Origin: Geosiphon pyriformis uo1
Taxonomy: Eukaryota; Fungi; Glomeromycota
DNA length: 64,000 nt
Direction: 5' to 3'
Assembly (NCBI GenBank): GCA_016748015.1
Contig: JAAOMT010000633.1
Coordinates: 9,112-73,111 of the forward strand
Shown: positions 36,611 through 49,682 of the stretch, one piece after another
Layout: every line of letters starts with the position of its first letter
Position numbering within the stretch: the first letter of the stretch is position 1
Made by a program: the position numbers and the translations under genes
Notes under the pieces: model-generated
Told to the model about the DNA's origin: nothing
What the model saw: the letters and a program-made list of their open reading frames with translations, nothing else
Database searches by the model: none

Positions 36611-39088
36611 ACGATCCCCAAAGAGGAAAAACCAATCAGCAGTTGCATATTGAAGTTGGAATCGCTGCTCAATCCCAATTCAAACCCCAACAACAATGAT
36701 GACAAGAATAATAGTTCCAGCTCCGTTCAAAATAGCAATGACAAGAACAACGATATCAACTCAGATTCAAACTTTGACTCAAACTATGAACAATATATCG
36801 CACTTCTTGACCTCACTAAGGAACAAGAACTGAAATGGTTCAGCAATAATAATGAAAGTATTATGCCAGAATGCATGCACAATACTAATGCAGGATTTGA
36901 TCTGAGATATCCAGAAACAGAAGCCATCAAATTGGAACCACATATGCACACCTGCATCAATTTGAAAATAGCACTAAAAATTCCAGCAACAATAATGGTT
37001 TAATTAGCATCTAGGAGTAGTTTAGCAAAAAGAGAGATTAATATAAAAGGAGAAATAATTGACATGGGATATGTGAGAAATATTATCACTATACTACAAA
37101 ATGACTCAAACAAGGCCTATATAATAGAGCCAAACAAAAAGATAGCACAGGCAATATTCTTACTTTTGGTTAAGATAGCTTAGTTAGTACTGGTGGGAAA
37201 CAGGGAAGAGTTAAAAATAACAACAAGAAAGATACAGGGATTTGGGTCAATGGGTAGAATAAATGTATCAGTTAATATGGCAGAGGAAGAAATTGTTGGC
37301 CAAAGAAAAATTATCTCAACCAGCCAAGCTATTTCCATTCCACCATATAGCCAGTATATGCTAACAATAGAAAGGAAGGAAAAAAAACAAGAACAGATTT
37401 TTGAAGCTGAAACAAGCCTTTGTGAATCAGAAAAGATTGGACTGATCAATTTCCACATACTAGCCAAAAGCTATAGCCACATAAAAATTCCCATCTACAA
37501 CAACACTGGCAATGTCATCAACATACCAGAAAGAACCACCATCGGATATTTAACCACAAAAATAGAAGACCAACCACCAAATCCCATTCCAGACTTTCCA
37601 CACCTTTGTGGATATGTCGACATTACATTACAAACAATCTATGGATGAGACAAATGTTATTTACTCCAACCAGAACATTTGGAACAAATGAACATGAAAA
37701 ACTTAGATTCACTTCAATGTATACAGCTCAAGATGTTGCTCAACAATTTTAAAGACATCTTTGCTAGTGAAAATGAGTTTGGCTGAACTGACATCATCCA
37801 GCATCAAATCAAGACTGGAGATGCAATGCCAATTAAACAAAGAGCATACAAAGTGCCACCAGCCAGCCATGAGATCATCTGTCAAGAGATAAACTGAATG
37901 CTTAACAATGGGCTAATTCAACCATCAATGAGCCCATGGTCATTACTAGTAGTACTTGTTTGTAAAAAGAATGGGAAAATCCGATTTTGTGTGGACTACA
38001 GGAAACTCAATAGTGTAATACGTGGAGACAGCTATCCAACTCCACAAATACAAGAATTATTCAATGCTTTCGGTGGGAACAAATGGTTTTCAACATTAGA
38101 TTTGGACAGTGGTTATTGGCAAGTAGCCATGAATTCAGCTAACAAAGAGAAGACAGCATTCACCACTAGAGAAAGGAATTTCAAATTTGAAGTGATGCCA
38201 TTTGGTTTAACCAACACACCAGCCACTTTCCAATGGCTAATAAAAATTGTCTATACTGGCTTATTGTGGAAATCAATAGTTGTATACTTGGACAACACCA
38301 ATGTATTCTCAAAAACATTTGATAATCATCTTTACCATCTTCAACAAGTGTTCGAAAGACTAAGAAGAGCAGGACTAAAGTTAAATACAACAAAGTGCTT
38401 CTTTGGCAAGACAGAGCTAAAATTTTTGGGACACATAATCAGTAAAGACGACATCAAAACGGATCCAGAGAAAATAGAGATAGTAAAGAACTTTCTAGTA
38501 CCAACCAATATGACTGAATTGAAATCATTCTTGGGATTCACAAGCTATTATCAATGCTTTATAAAGAACTTTTCAGAGATAGCTCAACCACTCAATAATC
38601 TGCAAATCAAGAATACCAAATATGAATAGACAGAAAGTCAACAAGAAGCTTTTGATATTCTCAAAAGAAAGCTCATTCAAGCTTTAGTACTGATCTACTC
38701 AGATTACAACAAACCATTCATCATTACTACTGATGCATCAAGCCAAGCATTAGAAGCAGTATTATCTCAGAGAGGACCAGATGGCAGAGAACATCCAGTA
38801 GCATATGTCAGCAGAGGTTTAACACCAGCCAAAAAAAACTAAGAAACACCAGAACAAGAACACTTAGCAATATACTGGGCAGTCATGAAATGGAAAAAAT
38901 ACTTGAGCCAGAAATTTGAAGTATACACAGATCACAAGGGATTAACATCACTCCAAAAACAAGAATTTGGAGATGAAAGACAGTCAAGATAGAAAATGGC
39001 ACTCGCACCATACAATTATACTATATATTACAAAAAAAGAAAAGACAATAGAAATGCTGATAGTTTGTCGTAAATGAGACAAATCTAA
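36611..39088 (+). pseudogene. gag-pol: E5 ORF1 part 2: N/D/S-rich linker, dUTPase, RT, RNase H
   Basis: NAGFDLRYP, QGFGSMG, FCVDYRKLN, YLDN(D), TDAS; ends MRQI*. Confidence 0.9.
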
Positions 39089-39147
39089 GAACATTTTAAC
39101 ACAAAATATAACAAAACCAGAACAATACCAATGAAAAATAACAAAAG

Positions 39148-40530
39148 ATGAACATACAAAAATATCAACAATTTCAACATTATATAAACATTCAACAGTT
39201 CAAGGAGAATTTATCTCAAATGGAACAAAAGAGGATTAAACAACAATCAAAATATTTTATCACTCACCAAAATATACTTTATCGAAAAAATAAAAGGGAT
39301 CCAGATCAGCCAACCAAAGTGATTACAGAGCCAGAAAAAGAGACAATATTATTTAACATGCACTCAAATCCAACAGCTGGACATTTTCACAAAGAAGCAA
39401 CCATGAAAAGAACCAAAAAAAGATGCTATTGGCCATTAATGTATCCAGACATCATCCAATATGTTAAAAATTGTGATGCTTGTTAGCAAAGAAGAGGAAC
39501 AAGACCCAATGAACTATTAAGACCAATCAAAGTGGGACAACCATTTGACTGGATTGGAATTGATGTAGTCGGACCATTAACAATTACCAGCAGAGGAAAC
39601 AGATATATAGTAATAGCCATGAACTATCTCACTAAATGGCCAGAGGCAAAAGCAATTCAAAGAGCGGATGCAGAATCCATTGCCAAATTCGTTCATCAAG
39701 ATTTAATTTGTCAACATGGATGTCCAAAGGAATTATTATCAGACCAAGGAACTCATTTTGTGAACAGAACATTAACAAAATTGAGCCAAAGATTCGGAAT
39801 TAAGAGACCACTATCATTATCATACCATCCACAAACCAATAAATTAGTCAAAAGATTCAACAGAACATTGTGTAAAGCAATAGCTAAACTCAGCCAAGAA
39901 AACCAGAACAATTGGGATTTGTTGATACCATTAATACTATTTGCTTATCAGACAATGAAGCAAGATACTACACAAGCAATACCATTTGAATTAGTATATG
40001 GTAGAACAGCAATACTACCAGTGGAAATAGAAGTCAGCACATACCCAACCGAACCAATAACAGAAGAGAATTTCAAAAATACTTTGTTGAAAAAAACATA
40101 TGACTTAATGGAAACATTAGAAAACAAATGACAAAGAGCAGCTGATAACATACAAAAGTCACAAGAAAAACAAAAAGAAAGACATAATAACCAACTACCA
40201 GATAAACCAGTTGAATTTAGGATTGGAAACAAAGTACTACTATATTATACCAAAGTGGAAAAACAATGGAGTGGAAAATTTGACCCCAAATGAGATGGAT
40301 CATTTCACATAGAAGAAATTCTAGGAAATAGAGCTTACAAATTAAGATTGAATGACAAAATCTTGACCAAAACAGCACATGAAGATCGACTGAAACCATA
40401 TCACTATATAGCATCATCATCCACTAGTAATATTCCACAATTAGGAGTACAAAAAATACTAGTTCAACCAGATAAGATTTCATAAGACCTGGAACCAATC
40501 ATTATCATTGACAACAAAATGTCCAATTGA
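39148..40530 (+). pseudogene. int: E5 integrase, separate ORF (460 codons)
   Basis: MNIQKYQQF..., HSNPTAGH...CDAC, IGIDVVG, LSDQG, GSF(GPF) module. Confidence 0.92.
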
Positions 40531-40583
40531 TTGACAAAAGAATATATAAGAACATAGTCAATGCAACAGAAAAGAGCAGAAAA

Positions 40584-41213
40584 ATGGAGATTATGGACAA
40601 TATCCATTCACTAGCCCAACAAATTTTTTAATTAATCTAACACCAGGAGATGAAAATTACCATCAATCAACAAACTATTCGTTACAAAAATATGGGAAAA
40701 ATACCACAAAACAAAGCATAGAAAAGACTTGAAAACGTGGTTGACAAGATCATAACTAAGATAAAATTGGCCATGAAAGAACAACAAATAGTCGGATTAC
40801 ACCAAGAACTTACCAGAGAAACTTGGACTTGGTAGATACAACAATTTCCAAAAAACTATTGTTATTTTTACTTGGGACAACACGTGAATATCCAGAACTT
40901 ATATATGGATAAAACAAAGTGGTTATTCAACACAACAATACTACAACAACTAGAACATTTTGTGGAAAAAAACAACTTATCCACACAAGCTCGAGCTATA
41001 TACCAAATACACACAGCATTTCAAGATTGACCAATAATCCTACTCAACAAAGCAATAGATACGGTTATCAATAATCAATTGGAAAAAATCACCAATGCTC
41101 AATTTGAAGAATTACGGACTCAAATAACACAAGTAATTTTTGAAAATAAAATTCAGAAAATACTTTAAGAGAGAGAATTAAATGAATTGGATTTTAACGG
41201 AGCTCAATATTAA
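40584..41213 (+). pseudogene. E5 ORF3 (630 bp)
   Basis: MEIMDNIHSLAQQI...NYCYFYLGQHV...DFNGAQY*. Confidence 0.8.
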
Positions 41214-41226
41214 AAAGAGAAAATAA

Positions 41227-42100
41227 TGTTACTCATAGAATATAAGAAATATAGTATTATTAATCAGTAGATATTAGCCAATCAGAGGTAGACGTAGTAA
41301 ATGTGGAATTCCAGAATTCCTCTCAGAGGAATTGCAGGATTCCAGGAATTTCAAGATTCTCTGACGAAGAATTGTAGGATTCCAGAATTCCAGAATTCCT
41401 CTCATCAGAAATTGTAGAATTCCTGTTGCAAAGAATTAAGGAATTGAGGAATCTTACTTATGTATATATAGCAGTAGAATTAGAAGCTAAAAAGACAGAC
41501 CTCTTAGTTTAGATTTAATCTAAGCAACATTCCAGTTCCCAATTATCAAATAAATAATTATTCTATATCTCAACCCATTCTCTATTATCAACACTTCATG
41601 TTGATAGTAATTGATACTTAACCACACTGGAACAATAGCTCTTGATCATGGCTATTGATGAGATACTAATGTACCAAATTGCCTTGGCTTATTTTATTTA
41701 TTTTCTTTATTTTTATTTTCTTTATTTTATTTTCTTTCTTTTTTTGATTTTGTTGTTGTATACTTATTGATTAAAAGATTAAGCACTGAGTTATTGACAT
41801 CAAGGATAGCCTGGTAAAAGACCCAGAAATAAGGGTAGGATTTTATATATTATCGGATAACTTACCAAAAGGGCACGACTGCCAGACTAAATCTGGTCAC
41901 TATGCTGAGAAAGAAATTGGGAAAACTCTTGAAAAGATACATCTACTATCGACACTATTGAATCTCTGTTCATTATACAAAAGACTCCATCAAAACCTTC
42001 AGATACAACACTTGTAGAACCTCATCCACAGAAGTAGCTTTTGAGCACCAAGTCACAGGTTTGTTATTTAATTCAACAGCAGAAATAATCACCTGTAACA
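41227..42100 (+). repeat. E5 3' LTR (874 bp)
   Basis: Direct repeat of 22581-23470, 16 bp shorter within the U3 array. Confidence 0.95.
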
Positions 42101-42479
42101 TTGGTCTCAATGGTTTGTTGGGTCTTGTTCCTTTTCTTCTTTGACAAGCATCACAATTTTGCACATATTAGATGATGTCTGGATACATTAATGGCCAATA
42201 ATATCTTTTTCTGGTTCTTTTTATGATTGCTTCTTTATGAAAATATTCTACAGCTGGATCTGAGTGCATGTTGAACAGTATTGTTTATTTTTCTGGTTCT
42301 GTAATTACTCTGGTTGGTTGATCTGAATCTTTTCTATTTTTTTGATAAAGTATATTTTGGTGAGTGATAAAATATTTGGATTGTTGTTTGATCCTCTTTT
42401 GTTCCAGTTGAGATAATTTTTCCTTGAACTGTTAAGTATCTATATAATGTTGAAGTTGTTAATATTTTTGTGTGTTTAT
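42101..42479 (-). pseudogene. int: E4 integrase N-terminal part (HHCC region)
   Basis: MHSDPAVE...YYWPLMYPDII.YVQNCDACQ; the start is decayed to ATA. Confidence 0.85.
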
Positions 42480-42540
42480 CTTTTGTTATATTTTCGTGAA
42501 TATTGTTTTGGTTTTGTTATATTTTTGGGTTGAAATGTTC

Positions 42541-45500
42541 TTAGATTTGTCTCATTCGTGACAAACTGTCAGCATTTCTATTGTTTTTTCCCTTTTTATA
42601 ATGTATAGTATAAGTATATAGTGTAAGTGTTATTTTCTATCTTGATTGTCTGCCATCTCCAAATTTTTGTTTCTGGAGTAATGTTAATTCTTTGTGATCT
42701 GTATATACCTCAAACTTCTGGCTCAAGTATTTTTTCTATTTTATGACTGCCCAGTATATTGCTAAGTGTTTTTGTTCCGGTGTTTTATAGTTCTTTCCAG
42801 CTGGTGTTAAACCTCGGCTGGTGTATGTGACTGGATGTTCTCTTTCATCTGGTCTTCTCTGAGATAGTACTGCTTCCAATGCTTAACCTGATGCATTAGT
42901 GGTGATAATGAATAGTTTACTATGATCTGAATAGATCAATACTGGAGCTTGAATAAGCTTTCTTCTTAAAATGTCAAATGCTTCTTACTGGGTTTCAGTC
43001 CATTCATACTTTACATTTTTGGTTTGAAGATCATTGAGTGGTTGTGCTATCTTTGAAAAGTTCTTTATGAAACATCTATAATAGCTCACGAATTCCAAGA
43101 ATAATTTCAGCTCAGTTACATTGGTTGGTATTGGAAAGTTCTTTACTATCTCTATTTTCTCTGGATCTGTTTTTATGCCATCTTTGCTAACTATGTGTCC
43201 CAAAAATTTTAGTTCTGTTTTGCCAAAAAAACATTTTGTTGCATTCAATTTTAATCCTGCTTGTCATAGTCTTTTGAACACTTGTTGGAGATGACATAGA
43301 TGATTATCGAATGTTTTTGAGAACACATTAGTGTCATCCAAGTATACAATTACTGATTTTCACAATAAGCTAGTATACACAATTTCCATTAATCATTAAA
43401 AGGTTGCTGGGGCATTGGTTAAGCCGAATAACATTACTTCAAATTCGAAATTCCCTTCTCTTGTGGTGAATGTTGTTTTTTTTTTGTTGGCTGGATCCAT
43501 GACTACTTGCCAGTAACCACTATTTAAGTCTAACGTTGAGAACCATTTGTTTTTACTGAAAGTGTCAAATAATTTTTGTATTCATGGAGTTGGATAACTG
43601 TCTCCACAAATTACACCATTGAGTTTTCTGTAATCCACACAAAAGCAGATCTTTCCATTTTTCTTATGGATGAGTACTACTGGTGATAACCATAGGCTCA
43701 TTGATGGCTGAATTAACCCATTGTCAAGCATTTGGTTAATCTCTTGACAGATGATTTCATGGCTGGCTGGTGGTACCTTATATGTTCACTGTTTGATTGG
43801 CATTGTATTTCCAGTCTTGATCTGATGCTGGATAATATCAGTTCTGCCAAATTTGTTTTTACTGGTGAAGATGTCATTGAAATTATTGAGTAATATCTTT
43901 AGTTGTATCTGTTGAAGTGGGTTTAGATTTCTTATGTTCATCTGTTCCAATTGTTTTGGCTGTAACAGATAACATTCGTTTCATCTGTAGATGGTTTGTA
44001 ATATAATGTCCACATATCTACAAAGCTGTAGAAAATCTGAAATGCTGCTTGGTGCTTGATCTTCAATTTCTATGGTTAAATATCTGAGAGTGGTTCTTTC
44101 TGGTATCTTTACAACATTTCTGGTGTTGTTGTAGATGGGAATTTTGATATGATTATGGCTTTTGGCTGGTATGTATAGATTGATAAGTCCAATTTCTTCT
44201 GATTTACAAAGGGTTGCTTTTGCTTCAAAAATCTGTTTTTGCTCTTTCTCTCTCCTTTCTATTGCTAACATATATCGGCTATATGGTGGAATGGAAATTG
44301 TTTGACTGGTTGAGATAATTTCTCCTTGGCCAATAATTTTTTTCTCTACCATATTGACTGGTACATCTATTCTACCTGTGAATCCAAATCCCTGTATCCC
44401 TCTTGCTGTTATCCCTAATTCTTTTCTGTTTCCTACTGGCACTAATTAAGTTACTTTAACCAGAGGCAGAAATATTGCTTGTGCTATCTTTTTGTTTGGT
44501 TCTATAATATAGGTCTTTTCTGAATCATTTTGTAGCATGGCAATAATATTTCTTACATATTCCACGTCAATTATTCCTCCTCTTATATTTATCCCTCTTT
44601 TTGCTAGATTACTCCTAAATGCTAATTGAATCATTGTTGTTGCTGGAATTTCCAGTGCTATTTTCAAATCAATGCAGGTGTGTGAATGTGGTTTCGATTT
44701 GATGGCATCTTTTCTTGGATACCTTAGATCAAACCCAGCATTGGTATTATGTGTGCATTCTGACATAATACTTTCATTATTATCACTGAACCATTTAAGT
44801 TCCTGTTCCTTGGGGAGGTTAAAAAGCACAATATATTGTTCATAGTTTGGATTGGGGTTTAAATCTGAGTTAGAATTGTTGTCATTGTTCTTGCCATATT
44901 GGACAGAACTGGAACTGGTGTTTTTGTCATCATCGTTGTCGGAGTTTGAATCAGGATTGAACAGTGATTCCGATTTCAATATGCAGCTGCTGATTGGTTC
45001 TTCCTCTTTTGGGATTGTGTAGATCATGCATGGTAGTGGATTGTAGATAAGGTTACACTCATTACAATACTCAAAGTCACTGGGAATTAAACAATAGCAA
45101 CACAGTCTTGTATTTAATTGTTCTAGCCATTGCTCTTGCTCTTTCCTAGTGGAAGCTAATTCTTGGTAGTGTTTGTAGAATTGTTCTGGATTTAGAAAAT
45201 TTATGACTGGTTCTGGGTTCCAATTAAGTTCTATGGATTCTGGTGGATTGTTTTTAACTGTCCTGATTTCTTTTGGTAATGCGCCTTTGATTTTGGCGAG
45301 TGCCATTCGCCATATTTTGTCATCGTTGTGTAGACAACTGTCCAATCAATACACGGCTCATCTCCAAGTGGCTTTGATTGGTGTCCCTTTCCTAATCCAG
45401 TTGCTAATGAGAATTGTGTATTGGCACAATTCATCATACATTCCCCTTCTCCCAGAAATGTTGTTCCACATTCCTTTGTCAAGAAGAGTTTTTCCACAAG

Positions 45501-48500
45501 CTAAACATAATGTATTATCTCATTTTTCCACTCATTTTGGTCTTTCAAAGCATTCAACAAGACATGCGTGGCAATAAAACCTAGTTGCTGGTATTCCTCA
45601 TTGTTGCCACAGCATGTGCCCATTAATGACAATTTCTTGCCACAATCAGTGCATATTAGCTTTGAACAATGATAGGTGGATTGGTGTGATATAGTATAGG
45701 CATAGAGATTATGAGTGGTAGTGGTTACTTTTTTTTCTTTTTCTTTTCCTTTTCCCTTTGTGTTCTCTTCCTCTTATACCCAGCTTGTTGTTGGTTTGCT
45801 TTTGTCATAATCAGTCCAGATCAGATTGTCTGTCTTCCAGATAGGTTTTTCTCTTTGTTTACTCTTTCTGTTGTCATCCCATGAGAGTATTGGCAGTAGC
45901 TTATTGTGTTCTTCATCAGTCCACGAGACTTGATATGCTTCCCAGGTAGGTTTTGGTTTGTCTTCTTTGAAGTCAATTAGTAGTGCTGTGGTATTGGTAG
46001 CCTTAAAGTGACCATACATTGCTGGTACTCACATGTGTTAACCATTTTGACTTAGCTAAAGTTTTTACGTGTTCTAATTTAGCATTGTATTAGTCTTGGA
46101 CAGCCAGTTATTCCCAACGAGTGCTTAGTATTAAGTGGCTTCTATCACCAGAACTTTGATAGGTACTACAATGCTATTGACTTCAATTGAGAAGTCATCA
46201 ATTTTGCCAATTGGGGTTTTGGTGGCTCCATCTGCGGTGATAATCCTGGTGCTGACAGCACAATCAACTTGGTAACCTAATTGATCTATGAGTTGTCATG
46301 TAATGATGCTGTCTGCTGAACTACTGTCAAAGATTAATTTGATGAAGTGGTCATCGATCTTGGCATCAGTATACATGGCTGTAATCAGTTTCTCTTCAAG
46401 GGCTGCTCCACTGAATAATAGCATATCTGATGGTTTTTTGAGTTCAAATGAAAAGATAGCATCCAAAGATTTATTTTCGGTGATTGTAGCAGGTGAAATA
46501 TTATTGGTAGGTGGTTGTTGTTGTTCGATTCTCTGATTGCTGGATGTGGCATCTTCTAGAGTTACCAGAATGCTTAAATAGTGTTGGGAATTCGGATTTT
46601 GGATGAGACTGGTGCCCGAATTCCACTGACAAGATCCTGATTGTTGGTGAGAAAAGCTGGAGATTGGTTAATGTACAACCATTGCTGATCTCCAGTTTTG
46701 GGTGATCTTTGATCTTGGGTTCCCTGATGTCATTTGAGCTGGGTTTGCTGGTAGTGTTTGAATGGTAGGTGTTTGATAGATTGCTGGTGGCTGCAGTTGA
46801 TATATTACTTGTGGCTGTGCTTGATAAATTGCTTGTGGTGGCAGTTGATAAACTGGCAGTTGATAAATTGGTTGGTGTATTATAGACAGATAAGTAAGTT
46901 GGTATTGGTCTTGATTCGGGTGATGGTTCAGAGTCTGGAACTGGCAATCAGGGTTTCTATATTGATTTCCCGATTGTAGATTGCTATAAGTATGGCAGTT
47001 GGCTCTGATGTGCCTTTGTTTACCACAGTTGTGGCAGATGCATGTCTCTGGCTGCCATGACTAATTGGATGACGATGATAAACATGACTGATTTTGAAAA
47101 TGATTCACATTTTCTTGATTGTTATGCCGTTGAAGAGATTAATAAATTGTGCAATTGTCAGCTAAGTATCCTTCTAATTTCTGATTAATTGAATCACTGA
47201 ATTGCTTCAATTTGGAATCCAATTCAGATAATCAATTCATTGCTAGATTCACAGCTTGAATGTGATTAGCTTCTAGTTCAGCTGCTTTAAAATCCCTGGT
47301 GTAGGTGACTGCGGTTGGAAGGTCTATTGGGTGCATTGAACATATTCGTTGTAGAATGCTACTGCACAATCTTCTAATAAATTGATTTAAAATTTGTGGC
47401 GCTGTGAAATAGTCGACTTGGATGGCTTGTATTTGGCGTAGATTTTTATAGAAGCATCCCAAATAAGTAGTGACTGCTTTAGTGTCTACTTGTTTGATCA
47501 TTGTAAAGGTGTTAGTTAATTTGTTAATACTATTATTGTTGCTAAAGTACTGTAAGAATTCAGTTTTAAATCCATTAAAATTTTGGAGTTTAACAGTGAA
47601 GCTTTGATACTATGCATCAGCAGTATCCTAGAAAAAATAAGGGATCACTTGCATTGCTCTAGCATCATCCCAATTATTGGCTGTAATGGCTTTGGCCATG
47701 TCATTTAACCAGACTTGGGCATTGTCTTCTTCACCATTGAATTTGTCGAGTTTTGCAATGAGTGTGTAAGCCATTTGTTGTTGCTGTGGTGATAGAAGTT
47801 GTTGTTGTTGTTGAGGTAGTACTGGCAGTTGTTAATTTTGTTGGTTTGGTGGTTGGATGGGCTGGCCAATTGGTTCAATGGGTGGTTGATTGATGACAAT
47901 AACTGGAGATAAGTGTTGATTAATTACTTCAGAGTTTGGATTGTTTTGATTTGGTGGGGTTTGAATATTCAGAGTGTCATTTTCCTGATTGTCTAAATTT
48001 GGCTGGGTTTGACAGTTTGGAGTTTTAATTTTCAGGTTTTCTAGGATCAGGTTTTGGTAAGTAAATTCTTAATCTTCAGATTCTTCTTCTTCTTCTACTT
48101 ATTGTTCTCCTTCTGATTCAGTAATTTCCCAAGGACTCATGATTCCGAAATTTGGTTAAGGTGGCGGTAATCAAAATCCTGATGGCGTCGGTGATCAAGA
48201 TTTAAATTCTTCAAAATACTTACCATATGGTCCTAGTAAATCTTTTTTCCTTTGTTTACTTTGGAATGAGAAACGTCCAAATGCTGATGTCACATTTGAT
48301 GTGGACGTGTCTGTTGATAATATATTGATGGCACTTCTAGGAGTATAGTAATAAGATGGGTTGTTTGGTAACTCAACTCTAGTTTTCTTCCAAGTAGGTG
48401 GTTGTATCTTTTGAGGTGTTATTGCTGGTGTTTGTAGTTTTCTTTTGCCTTTACTTGTGTAAGTAATTGAGTATCTTTGCTGTGTATGATGTTCAATTTC

Positions 48501-48767
48501 TTTGTTGATCTCAGTAATGATAGATGCAAAATTATGATTTGTGGGTAGGCTAGTGTTTTGAATTAATTTGTTGTAAAAAGTTTCTCTCACTGATTCAATA
48601 TTCACGGATGTTCTCAACAAATAGGCAATTTTTTTGTTGATGTAGAAATTAAAAGCTGATTCTGCTGATATGTGATTATGGGTTAATCCCAAATGTTGAT
48701 AGTAATGTTGAAATAAGAATTTCACAAATCCTAGATGGTTTGCTCCCATGTTTTCTGATTCTGCCAC
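42541..48767 (-). pseudogene. gag-pol: E4 ORF1: uninterrupted Gag-PR-Cys-rich-dUTPase-RT-RNase H
   Basis: Track ORFs 48195-48827, 44446-45345 (AGFDL, RSNLA, GGIID, KIAQ) and 43981-44442; YLDD near 43340; ends ADSLSRMRQI*. Confidence 0.92.
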
Positions 48768-48828
48768 TTTTGGATAGGGTTGTTGGTGCTGGTTCTTTAT
48801 AAGATTATACCTCACAGAGAGCATCAAA

Positions 48829-49682
48829 TGTTACAGGTGACTATTTCTGGTGTTGGATTAAATAACAAATCTGTAACTTGGTGCTAAAAGTTATTTGCAT
48901 TGATGTTATTAATCTGAAAGTTTTGTATCTGAAGGTTTCGGTTTGAGTTCTTTGTATAATAGACAGAAATTCAATAGTGGTTTTATTCATAGCTTTCCAG
49001 AATTGCAATTCCATCAATTCTTCTCTTGGTGTGATGGCCGGCAATTCTCTGATAAGTATTCCATATCTTCTGTATATGTCCTACTCTCTTGCAAAAGTCT
49101 TTTACTAGACAATCCTTGATGTCAGTAATTTAGTACTTTATTCATCCAATTAATGCACAACAATAAAATCAAAATAAAATAAAGAAAAGAAATAAAAGAA
49201 AATAAAGAAAGAAAAAAAATAAGCCAAGGCAATTTGCAAGTTAGTATTCCATCAATAGCCATGATCAAGAACTATTGTTCTAATGTAGTTAAGTATCAAT
49301 TACTATTAACATGGAGTGTTAATAGTGGAATTAGGTTTGAGATACCAAATAGTTATTTATTGTGTTTGGAAGATTGTCTAGATGAAATCTAAACTTGGAG
49401 GTCTGTTTCTTTCAGCTTCTCATACTACTACTATATATACATAATTGAGATTTCTCAATTCCTCAATTCTTCACAACAGAAATTCTGGAATTTCTGAAAT
49501 CCTGCAATTTCTTTGAGAGAAATCCTGGAATTTTGGAATCCTGTGATTCCTTATAAGAATTCTGTAATTCCTGGAATCCTGCAATTCCTGAGAGGAATCC
49601 TAGAATTCCACATTTACTACATCTACTTCTGATTGGCTAATAACTATGCTAATATATATTTTCTATATTTCTATAAGTAATA
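48829..49682 (-). repeat. E4 5' LTR (854 bp)
   Basis: Direct repeat of 20024-20877, with the PBS adjacent. Confidence 0.93.

Larger units (their letters stand above)
22581..42100 (+). mobile_element. E5: Ty3/Gypsy element, family beta; own sequence 22581-27262 and 36611-42100
   Basis: Paired LTRs, TSD TTGG/TTGG, PBS at 23473-23489, PPT at ~41212-41226. Confidence 0.95.
20024..49682 (-). mobile_element. E4: Ty3/Gypsy element, family beta; own sequence 20024-22580 and 42101-49682
   Basis: Two 854-bp LTRs. TSD TTGC/TCAC from ancestral TCGC, by comparison with E6. PPT at 20878-20892, PBS at 48810-48826. Confidence 0.93.

Noticed and set aside
48958-49153. Antisense LTR peptide beginning MDRDSIV
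   Set aside because: Reading frame and length differ among E2, E4, E5 and E7.
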